Shown here: one piece after another, positions 36,133-43,559 of the stretch
Numbering within the stretch: position 1 is the first letter of the stretch
How the letters are laid out: each line of letters begins with the position of its first letter
DNA from: Bradyrhizobium sp.
GTDB lineage: Bacteria > Pseudomonadota > Alphaproteobacteria > Rhizobiales > Xanthobacteraceae
Assembly (NCBI GenBank): GCA_035602495.1
Contig: DATNMT010000510.1
Coordinates: 1-43,559 of the forward strand
Direction of reading: 5' to 3'
DNA length: 43,559 bases
Made by a program: the position numbers and the translations under genes
The notes under the pieces: generated by a model
What the model was told of the DNA's origin: nothing
What the model saw: only the letters and a program-made list of their open reading frames with translations
Databases searched by the model: none

Positions 36133-36846
36133 ATGACGTTCTTCTCGACGGCCCAGCACATCGCGCGCGGTTCGCGCGAGCGTTCGCATGGCCACTTGAT
36201 TCCGATCGTGCTGGGCTGCGCAATGGCGGCCGGCGCGATCACGCTGGTCGCCTATCTGCTGTGGCCGACCTGGGGGGCGGACGCTTCCAGCGCGCCGGAA
36301 CGGCTGCCAGTCAGCATCGGGGCCACCCTCTTCAATGTACCGACCGAGGCGATCCGGATGAAAATCCAGCGCCACTCCGGGCCGCAGGAGCGGGTCGATC
36401 TGTCCTTCAGCTTTCCGTCGCTCGAACCTCCGGAAGCGCCAAAGCACCTCAGCGCCGACACCGTCGAAGAAGCGGTGCAGCCGATCGACCGGATTTTCCT
36501 GTCGATCGCGGCGCATCATGACACGCTGGCGCCGGATATGCGGGTGCGCACCATCTATCCGCGCTACCTCGAGCAGGCATCGACGCCCGGCGAGGACGGG
36601 CTGACGATGCGGGCGTTTCGGGAAGGCACGCCTTACGGCGGCGAAGATCTGTTCTTTGCCAATACGCCGAACATCACCGCGCGCTGCACGCGCGAGGCCG
36701 CCACCCCCGGGATGTGCCTGAGCGAGCGCCGCATCGACGGCGCTGACCTGACGTTTCGTTTTCCGCGAAGCTGGCTTGCGCAATGGCGCGACGTCGCCAA
36801 CGCCATGGACCGGTTGACGGTGCAAATGAAAGGGCCGAAGGGGTAA
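36133..36846 (+). CDS. Conserved hypothetical membrane-anchored protein
   Basis: N-terminal TM helix (YLLWP), then a soluble domain with a C...C pair and FRFPRSWL..WR. Confidence 0.75.
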   Translation: MTFFSTAQHIARGSRERSHGHLIPIVLGCAMAAGAITLVAYLLWPTWGADASSAPERLPVSIGATLFNVPTEAIRMKIQRHSGPQERVDLSFSFPSLEPPEAPKHLSADTVEEAVQPIDRIFLSIAAHHDTLAPDMRVRTIYPRYLEQASTPGEDGLTMRAFREGTPYGGEDLFFANTPNITARCTREAATPGMCLSERRIDGADLTFRFPRSWLAQWRDVANAMDRLTVQMKGPKG

Positions 36847-36847
36847 T

Positions 36848-37066
36848 TCAGCCCTGCTCGACCAGGTCGTCCTCGAGAATTGCCATCTGGAACTGAAATG
36901 AGCGGTCGTCGTCTTCGTCGTCGACGAACAGCACGCCGATGAATTCCTCGCCGATATAGACCTCCGCCGAATCGTCCTTCTTCGGCCGCGGCACCACGCG
37001 GATTTTGGGATTGCCGAACAGGCGCTTGAGATAAGCGTCGAGCTTCCTGACTTCCTGAACGTCCAC
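36848..37066 (-). CDS. DUF3126 family protein
   Basis: GTG start after GGAG. KLDAYLKRLFGN...DDSAEVYIGEEFIGVLFVDDED...MAILEDDL. Confidence 0.85.
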   Translation of the reverse strand: MDVQEVRKLDAYLKRLFGNPKIRVVPRPKKDDSAEVYIGEEFIGVLFVDDEDDDRSFQFQMAILEDDLVEQG

Positions 37067-37209
37067 GGCAGTCTCCAATCGGATTTAGGTTCTGGGGAAG
37101 GTTTAGGACGAGATGGGGCGAACTGCTAGCCTAACTTGCGGAAATTGTACACGCTGTGCGCGCGAGCCCTCGGATCAAGTCCGAGGGCGGCAACCCGTGG
37201 TTTTCGAAC

Positions 37210-38037
37210 TCAGAGTCCGATCGCGCCCAGCATCTGGTCCATGGTGCGCGACGGCTCGGCGCAGCCGGCCTCGCCGACGATCGTGGCGGGAACACCCGCC
37301 ACTGTCACATTATGCGGCACCGGCTTCACCACCACCGAGCCCGCGGCGATACGGGCGCAATGGCCGACCTCGATATTGCCCAGAATCTTTGCGCCGGCCC
37401 CGATCAGGACACCATGGCGGATTTTTGGATGGCGGTCCTCGTTTTCCTTGCCGGTGCCACCGAGCGTGACACCGTGCAGGATCGAGACGTCGTCTTCGAT
37501 CACGGCGGTTTCGCCGCACACGAAACCGGTGGCGTGATCGAGGAAGATGCCCCGTCCGATCCGGGCTGCGGGATTGATGTCGGTCTGGAATACCGCCGAC
37601 GAGCGACTTTGCAGATAATAGGCAAAATCCTTGCGGCCCTTCTGATAGAGCCAATGCGCCAGACGATGCGTCTGCAGCGCATGGAAGCCCTTGAAGTAAA
37701 GCAGCGGGTCGATGAACCGCGAGGTCGCGGGGTCGCGGTCGTAGACCGCTATCAAATCGGCGCGGAAGGCATTGCCGAGATCGGGCTGGTCGCGCAGCGC
37801 CTAGTCATAGGTCTGGCGGATCAAGTCGCCCGACAGCGCCGAATGGTCGAGCCGCTCGGCGAGGCGATGCACCACCGAATCCTCGAGCCGCTCGTGATGA
37901 AGCACGGTCGAGTAGATGAAGGACGCCAGCTCCGGCTCGCGGCGAACGATGTCTTCGGCCTCGGTGCGCACGCGATCCCAGATCGGATCGAGCGCCGAAA
38001 GTTTCGCACCCTGCGGATTGATCTGATGCATGGCCAT
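37210..38037 (-). pseudogene. cysE: Serine O-acetyltransferase interrupted by an in-frame TAG at codon 79 (37801-37803)
   Basis: The N-terminal half (DPIWDRVR...EPELAS...IRQTYD) and C-terminal half (ALRDQPDLG...DRDPA...FKGFHALQTHR...DHATG...GGTGKENEDRHPKI) are in the same frame, separated by a single TAG. Confidence 0.85.
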
Positions 38038-38308
38038 GGGCGGTTCTCGCAAAACCTGATGTTCCTGTCGGGCATTATAGCACGACCGGCGGACAACTGT
38101 CCTGAGCCTTTGGCGAAGGGTGAACGTCGGCTTTAGCCAAGAGTGCACACTAAAACATTGAAGTGACACATTTTCTTAGGTCAGCCGAGGTCCACCTTGC
38201 GTGCAGGCGTTGGATCAAGGTGGTCGGGATTTTCGGGAAATCAAGCGGCAGGCGTCCGACTATTGGCGGATTTCCGCTTGGCCGCCAATCCGGGCATGGT
38301 GGTCGAAA

Positions 38309-39694
38309 ATGGGGGGATCGAGCATCAACACGCAAGTTTTACGCGCGCGCGCGGCCTCTCCGGCCTGGGTCTGGATCTCAGCCGTCACAATCCCCCTGAT
38401 GTTGCTCGCGCCGGCGCTGTGGAACGGCTATCCGCTGCTGCAGTGGGACACCGGCGGCTATCTGGCGAGATGGTACGAGGGCTATCTGGTCCCCAGCCGC
38501 TCCACCGTGTTCGGCCTCTATCTGCATTTCGGCGAGGATTCCGGCTTCTGGATCAATCTGGGGATTCAGGCGCTGGCGAGCTTGTGGATCCTGCAACTGA
38601 CGCTGCGCGTGTTCGGCTTGCTCAGGCCGATGCGGTTGCTCGGCCTGAGCCTCGCGCTGATCCTGACCACGGCCCTACCCTGGCTCGCCAGCATGCTCTT
38701 GACCGACATCTTCGCCGGGCTGTCGGTGCTGTCGTTGTTCATTCTGGTGCTGCACGGCGAGAAGATTTCTGCAACCGAGAAATTCTCGCTGTTCGCCTTT
38801 ACCGCCTTCGCCGCGGCGACCCATAGCGCCACGCTCGCGGTGCTGCTGGGCCTGACCTGCGTCGGCTGGATCGCGAAGCCCTTTTTGCCCGCGCGCATCG
38901 CCGTGTCCGGCCTGATGCAGGGCACGCTCACGATTCTGGCCGGCGCGCTGATGTTGCTCGCGGCCAATTTCGCCCTGTCCGGACAACTGGCATGGACGCC
39001 CGGCGGCACCGGCGTCGCCTTCGGGCGGATGCTGCAGGACGGCATCGTGACGCGCTATCTCCGGGATCACTGCCCGCAGCAGCCACTCAAGCTCTGTCCC
39101 TACCGCGACCAGCTTCCGGCCACCGCCGACGCGTTCCTCTGGGGCAACAGCATGTTCAACACGCTCGGCCGCTTCAAGGGCATGGGCGACGAGATGGGTT
39201 TTATCGTCACCCATTCGCTCGCCGACTATCCGCTCTGGCAGGCCGAAGCGGCGGTCGTCGCAACCGCCCAGCAACTGGTCCACGTCGCCACCGGCGAAGG
39301 CTCCAACGGCTGGATCCCCCATACCTACGGCATCATCGGGCGTTACATTCCCGCGCAGCTCAAGGCGATGCGCGCGGCGCATCAGCAGCATTGGGACATC
39401 AATTTCACCGCGGTCAACTGGCTGCATATTCCGGTCGCGCTGGTTTCGATGTTGGCGGTGTTTGGCCTGCTCACAAGTTCGATCTGGCGCCGGCGGCTCG
39501 ACGATCTCACGCTGCTGGCGGCGACCGTGTCGCTCGCCTTGCTCGGCAATGCGGTGGTCTGCGGCGTGATCTCGGGGCCGCATGATCGTTACGGCGCACG
39601 CCTGGTTTGGGTCGCGACGTTCACGGTGCTGCTCGCATTGATCAGGCAATTCGACGATGACGACAGGCCGGAAATCGATTCACTTTCGCTGTGA
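38309..39694 (+). CDS. Multi-pass membrane protein, possible GT-C-fold glycosyltransferase-like
   Basis: About 11-13 TM helices, DTGGY in the first loop, a large periplasmic loop with CP..CP, and a PHDRY C-terminal motif. Overlaps the convergent gene by 15 nt. Confidence 0.7.
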   Translation: MGGSSINTQVLRARAASPAWVWISAVTIPLMLLAPALWNGYPLLQWDTGGYLARWYEGYLVPSRSTVFGLYLHFGEDSGFWINLGIQALASLWILQLTLRVFGLLRPMRLLGLSLALILTTALPWLASMLLTDIFAGLSVLSLFILVLHGEKISATEKFSLFAFTAFAAATHSATLAVLLGLTCVGWIAKPFLPARIAVSGLMQGTLTILAGALMLLAANFALSGQLAWTPGGTGVAFGRMLQDGIVTRYLRDHCPQQPLKLCPYRDQLPATADAFLWGNSMFNTLGRFKGMGDEMGFIVTHSLADYPLWQAEAAVVATAQQLVHVATGEGSNGWIPHTYGIIGRYIPAQLKAMRAAHQQHWDINFTAVNWLHIPVALVSMLAVFGLLTSSIWRRRLDDLTLLAATVSLALLGNAVVCGVISGPHDRYGARLVWVATFTVLLALIRQFDDDDRPEIDSLSL

Positions 39695-40432
39695 CAGAAA
39701 CTCCACCACGCCCGTTTTGTAGACCTTGTCGCCGACCGCGCGCATGTGGTCGCGGTTGGGGATGTCGAGCACCTGCGAGCCGGGGATGATCTTGCCCAGC
39801 GCCTGCGCCGAGCCCGCGATTTCGTCCGTGGTGCCGACCGCGATCAGCACCGGCACGCTGATGGCGGCGGCTTCCTCTCTCGTCATCAGCCGCCGCGAGC
39901 CGCGCATGCAGGCGGCAAGCGCGCGGCGGTCGGCGCGGGTCTGGTCGGCAAAGGCGCGAAACGTCCGCCCCACCGGATCGCTCACCTCGTCGAGCGAGGA
40001 CACCTCCAGCGCCGTGGCAACGTTTTCGCCGGGGCCGCCGCCCTCGATCAGGCCGATGCCGATGCCGCCGAAGATCGCCGAGCGCAGCCGCTGCGGCAGC
40101 CTGTACGCCAGCCACGCCGTCATTCGTCCGCCCAGCGAATAGCCCATGATGTCGGCGCGCTCGATGTCGAGATGATCCATCAGCGCGGTGACATCGGAGG
40201 CCATGAGCGGGATGTGGTAGGCTTCGGGATCGTAGAGTTTGGCGGAATCGCCATGGCCGCGATTGTCGAGCGCGATAACGCGGCGGCCGGCTTTCCGCAA
40301 CTCCGAAACCCAGGCCGGATAGACCCAGTTTACATTTTTGGTCGAGGCAAAACCGTGCACCAGCAGGATCGGCTCGCCCTCGCCTTCGTCGAGATAGGCA
40401 ATTTCAACATCGCCGTTGTGAAAACTCGGCAT
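39680..40432 (-). CDS. Alpha/beta hydrolase
   Basis: LLVHGFAS, DNRGHG, GYSLG nucleophile, GTTD and RDHM motifs. GGAAGG RBS. Confidence 0.92.
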   Translation of the reverse strand: MPSFHNGDVEIAYLDEGEGEPILLVHGFASTKNVNWVYPAWVSELRKAGRRVIALDNRGHGDSAKLYDPEAYHIPLMASDVTALMDHLDIERADIMGYSLGGRMTAWLAYRLPQRLRSAIFGGIGIGLIEGGGPGENVATALEVSSLDEVSDPVGRTFRAFADQTRADRRALAACMRGSRRLMTREEAAAISVPVLIAVGTTDEIAGSAQALGKIIPGSQVLDIPNRDHMRAVGDKVYKTGVVEFLSQRK

Positions 40433-40476
40433 TGCGCCTTCCGCATTTTTGGAAATGACTGCAGACCGGCGGGAGG

Positions 40477-41616
40477 CTAGCCGCTTGCGCCGGACATCGC
40501 CACCGTCGGCTGCGCCGCGGCCGCCAATCGCCGGCGCAGGCGGCGCGCCTTTTTGGCGTTGAGCCAGGACTGGGTCAGCCGCTCGGCCGTCGCCTTGATC
40601 GACGACAACAGGCCAAACAGCGCCAGCAGCGCGCCGAACAGCCACAGCGTGAGATCGAAGGCGCCGGCGGCCAGCAGCAGGGCGCCGCGGCCAAGCATCT
40701 TCAGGATCGCGCGGGTCTGGCCGCCCCTGGATTCCGCGAGCCGCGCGGCCCGCGTCACGTCCTTCGGGTTCTCGGCGATCTTCAGCGTATCCTGCGCGGC
40801 GCGAATCCCCGCCTTTTCGCTCACCCGTCCGACATCCTTTGCCAGACGCACCAGCGCGCCGGCCTTCTCGGCACGGAAGGCGGCCCTGATCGCCGTGAGG
40901 CTCTCGCCCGGCCGCAGCACCGAACCGGACATCACCGCGTTCTGCAGCACCGGCGTATCGACGACCTCGCGCGCGGAGCGGCCGGCCCATTCGGTGAGCC
41001 CCTCGCCGAGCCGGCCGACCTTGCGGGCATCCTTGACCAGCGTGAGCCCGGCGCGCAGCGGCGCCGCGCCGCCGAGCGAGACATAGGTCGCCGCCGTGAC
41101 CGCGAGGCCCGCGGCGGCGAGCCCCAGCACCAGCCGGTCGGTATCCTCGCCCATCGCCAGATGCTTGCCCTCGCGCACCACGTCGCGGATATCCCCGAAC
41201 ACAAAGAGGTCGCCCGCGACCGTGCCCGAAAGGCTCGCGACATCGTCGGCGTTGCCGGTCACAAGCCCGGTGGCAAAACCCCTGGCGAAATGCGTTGGCG
41301 AATTTTGTTCCGTGACCGCGTCGCTCACCCGCTTCGACAGGTCGTCGTCGAGGGCAATGCCCTTGTCCCTGGCAAGCTCGACAAAGCTATTGGCGAGATC
41401 GGCGTCGCCCTGGGCCAGCGCCGCCTCGATATTCTCGGCTATTATCTTTTGGCTATTTCGCAGGGCAGAATTGATCTGGACATCCGCGAGTTCCGCGGGA
41501 TCGTCCTGCGCCGCCAGAATGGCCCAGGAATCGCGGGCGTGCGGCCAGACAACCGCGCATGCGACCGCGCATGCCGCCGTGCCTGCCAACGCCAAACCGA
41601 TCCGCGATCGCTTCAT
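40477..41616 (-). CDS. Conserved hypothetical membrane protein
   Basis: N-terminal TM helix, GDLFVFGDIRD motif and C-terminal TM helix. High GC3. Confidence 0.75.
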   Translation of the reverse strand: MKRSRIGLALAGTAACAVACAVVWPHARDSWAILAAQDDPAELADVQINSALRNSQKIIAENIEAALAQGDADLANSFVELARDKGIALDDDLSKRVSDAVTEQNSPTHFARGFATGLVTGNADDVASLSGTVAGDLFVFGDIRDVVREGKHLAMGEDTDRLVLGLAAAGLAVTAATYVSLGGAAPLRAGLTLVKDARKVGRLGEGLTEWAGRSAREVVDTPVLQNAVMSGSVLRPGESLTAIRAAFRAEKAGALVRLAKDVGRVSEKAGIRAAQDTLKIAENPKDVTRAARLAESRGGQTRAILKMLGRGALLLAAGAFDLTLWLFGALLALFGLLSSIKATAERLTQSWLNAKKARRLRRRLAAAAQPTVAMSGASG

Positions 41617-41849
41617 TCTGGAAACCCGGGCTTCCCTCACCTCAACATGGTGTGCCGCTTTTAAGACACAACGGCCCCGACGAAAGAAGGGCTTCTCTGG
41701 GACGACAAGATTGTGTCGAATTTGCATGAGCAGATGCGCGTTCGGGGCTCTAGGAATCAACCGTTCCCGCGAGTTAAGGTGCGCGGCATTTCAAGGTGCC
41801 GCGGTGTATTGATTTGCGTCTGCCGCCATTGCCATCCGGGGTAAGAATT

Positions 41850-42095
41850 ATGTCCGATCATGTCGTTCCGCACTTTCACAACGATGCCGGCGTGTCCGTC
41901 ATCGAGATCGGCTCGCGGGAGTTCATGTGTGTCGGCGCCAATCCGCCGTTCGACCACCCCCATGTTTTCCTCGATCTTGGCAACGACAACGAAATCATCT
42001 GCCCCTATTGCTCGACGCTGTATCGTTTCGCGCCCGACCTGAAGGAAGGCGAAGCCCGACCGCCCGAATGCGTGGTGAGGGACAAGGTCGCCTGA
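41850..42095 (+). CDS. Zinc-finger (zf-CHCC) protein
   Basis: FMCVGANPPFDHPHVFLD...CPYCS. Confidence 0.9.
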   Translation: MSDHVVPHFHNDAGVSVIEIGSREFMCVGANPPFDHPHVFLDLGNDNEIICPYCSTLYRFAPDLKEGEARPPECVVRDKVA

Positions 42096-42102
42096 CCGGA
42101 CC

Positions 42103-43305
42103 GTGGCCGCGTCACGCACCATCTTCGTCGCTGGTGCCGGGATCGGAGGATTGACGGCCTCGCTGGCGCTCGCGGCACGGGGATTTCGCGTCGTCGTGCT
42201 CGAGAAGGCCGAGCGGCTGGAGGAAATCGGCGCCGGCCTGCAGCTGTCACCCAATGCCAGCCGCGTGCTGGTCGATCTCGGATTGCAGCCGCGGCTCGGT
42301 TCCCGCGCGGTCACTCCCGACGCCATCAGCCTGATGAGCGCGCGCGGCGGCGGCGAAGTGGCGCGGTTGCCGATTGGCGAAGCCGCCACGCTCTCGGCCG
42401 GCAGCCCCTATTGGGTGGTGCATCGCGCCGATCTGCAAGCGGCGCTGCAGGCCCAGGTCAACGACAACCCCGATATCGATTTGCGGCTCGGCTGCCAGTT
42501 CGAGGACGCAGCCCCGCACGTCAAGGGACTGACCGTGGTCCAGCGCAGCGGCATGATGCGAAGCCAGGAACTGGCGGTGGCGCTGATCGGCGCCGACGGC
42601 ATCTGGTCCACGGTGCGGCAACATCTGTTCCCCGAGGTGCAGCCGAAATTCTCCGGGCTGATCGCCTGGCGCGGCACGCTCGAGGCCACCCAATTGCCGC
42701 GCGAATATGCCTCGCGGCGGGTCCAGCTCTGGATGGGCTCGAACGGCCATCTCGTCGCCTATCCGATCTCCGGCGCACGCCAGATGAATATCGTCGCGGT
42801 GGTGCCGGGGACCTGGAACCGGCCGGGCTGGAGCGCGCCGGCCGATGGCAATGAGCTGCGCCAGATCTTCGCCTCGCCGCGCTGGCCGGGCCCGGCGCGG
42901 ATGACGATCGGCGCCGTCGACGGCTGGAAGAAATTCGCGCTGTTCACGCTGCCCGACGGCGGCGATTGGACCAAGGGCGCGATCGCGCTGTTGGGCGATG
43001 CCGCCCACGCCATGCTGCCGTTCGCCGCGCAAGGCGCGGGCATGGCGATCGAGGATGCCGCGGTGCTCGCCAAATGCCTCGGCGAAGGCGACGCAGAAAC
43101 TCCAGCGGGCATTACCGCCGCGCTGAGGCGCTACGCCAAACTGCGCCGCGCGCGGGTGGCGCGGGTGGCGCGCACCGCGCAACGCAATGGGGTGATCTAT
43201 CACCTGCGAGGCCCCGCCGCGATCGCGCGCGACCTTACCATCAAGGCCATGGGCCCACGCCGCGTACTGGCGTGGCAGGACTGGATTTACGACTGGCGGG
43301 TGTGA
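42103..43305 (+). CDS. FAD-dependent monooxygenase (salicylate hydroxylase-like)
   Basis: GAGIGG, GAGLQLSPNA, GADGIWS and LLGDAAHAMLPFAAQGAGMAIEDA motifs. Confidence 0.93.
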   Translation: MAASRTIFVAGAGIGGLTASLALAARGFRVVVLEKAERLEEIGAGLQLSPNASRVLVDLGLQPRLGSRAVTPDAISLMSARGGGEVARLPIGEAATLSAGSPYWVVHRADLQAALQAQVNDNPDIDLRLGCQFEDAAPHVKGLTVVQRSGMMRSQELAVALIGADGIWSTVRQHLFPEVQPKFSGLIAWRGTLEATQLPREYASRRVQLWMGSNGHLVAYPISGARQMNIVAVVPGTWNRPGWSAPADGNELRQIFASPRWPGPARMTIGAVDGWKKFALFTLPDGGDWTKGAIALLGDAAHAMLPFAAQGAGMAIEDAAVLAKCLGEGDAETPAGITAALRRYAKLRRARVARVARTAQRNGVIYHLRGPAAIARDLTIKAMGPRRVLAWQDWIYDWRV

Positions 43306-43348
43306 GGGGGTTAGGCGCGCGCCACCAAAACGCGCGCCACCATAAGTC

Positions 43349-43451
43349 GTCATCCCCCGGCTTGACCGGGGGATCCAGTACGCCGCGGCCTATCGGCTCA
43401 ATCGCTGACGTCTCTGGAATACTGGGTCGCCCGGTCAAGCCGGGCGATGAC
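43349..43451. repeat. REP/RIME-like palindromic intergenic element
   Basis: Inverted units GTCATCCCCCGGCTTGACCGGGGGATCCAGTA and TACTGGGTCGCCCGGTCAAGCCGGGCGATGAC, each an internal hairpin. Confidence 0.85.
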
Positions 43452-43460
43452 AGTTGGGAT

Positions 43461-43559
43461 TTTTCAAACAGCATCAGACATAACTTCGCGATCTCGCAGC
43501 ACAGCTTTGCTCGAGTCTTGCTCTTTGGTCCGGCTCCCTCTGAAAAGAGGGCGCAGGGA
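43461..43559. repeat. 5' part of a Bradyrhizobium-type long intergenic repeat, cut by the window end
   Basis: TTTCAAACAGC...CTTCGCGATCTCGC...CCCTCTGAAAAGAGGGCGCAGGGA matches, from recall, the start of the repeat family whose 3' part opens the window. Confidence 0.55.

Noticed and set aside
37156-38136. 326-aa plus ORF covering cysE as an alternative gene
   Set aside because: Antisense shadow of cysE with no motifs.
1-43559. Transposase, integrase, prophage, tRNA or rRNA explaining the accessory blocks
   Set aside because: No DDE or tyrosine/serine recombinase motifs, phage genes, cloverleaf or rRNA signatures were seen.

Overview
GC-rich alphaproteobacterial chromosome segment, most likely Bradyrhizobium or a close relative. 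Both ends lie inside what appear to be copies of a Bradyrhizobium-type intergenic repeat, so the window may be a repeat-bounded contig. A housekeeping-like backbone runs patatin, CBS, rhomboid, PAS, tandem PilZ, BTLCP transglutaminase-like peptidase, gamma-carbonic anhydrase, DUF6949-like, DUF3126, cysE, alpha/beta hydrolase, zf-CHCC, FAD monooxygenase. Four accessory blocks interrupt it. (1) An extended chromate/oxidative-stress cluster (rhodanese-ChrB fusion, exported beta-sandwich protein, Tat-exported Fe/Mn SOD, DUF1259, ChrA, Cj0069-like) whose leader can fold as an RBS-sequestering RNA switch. (2) LysR with a signal-less SBP-fold protein, an orphan hpnN, and a deletion scar (GlcG/HbpS and TetR remnants) between two copies of a CtrA box. 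(3) A tyrosinase-DUF2182-DJ-1/PfpI operon followed by an MFS gene. (4) A same-strand run of a CxxCxxCC protein, a porin, two small proteins and two different TPR-GT41 protein glycosyltransferases. cysE has an in-frame TAG at codon 79. No rRNA, tRNA, CRISPR array, transposase or integrase was seen. Family assignments come from recognising motifs by eye; no database searches were run.
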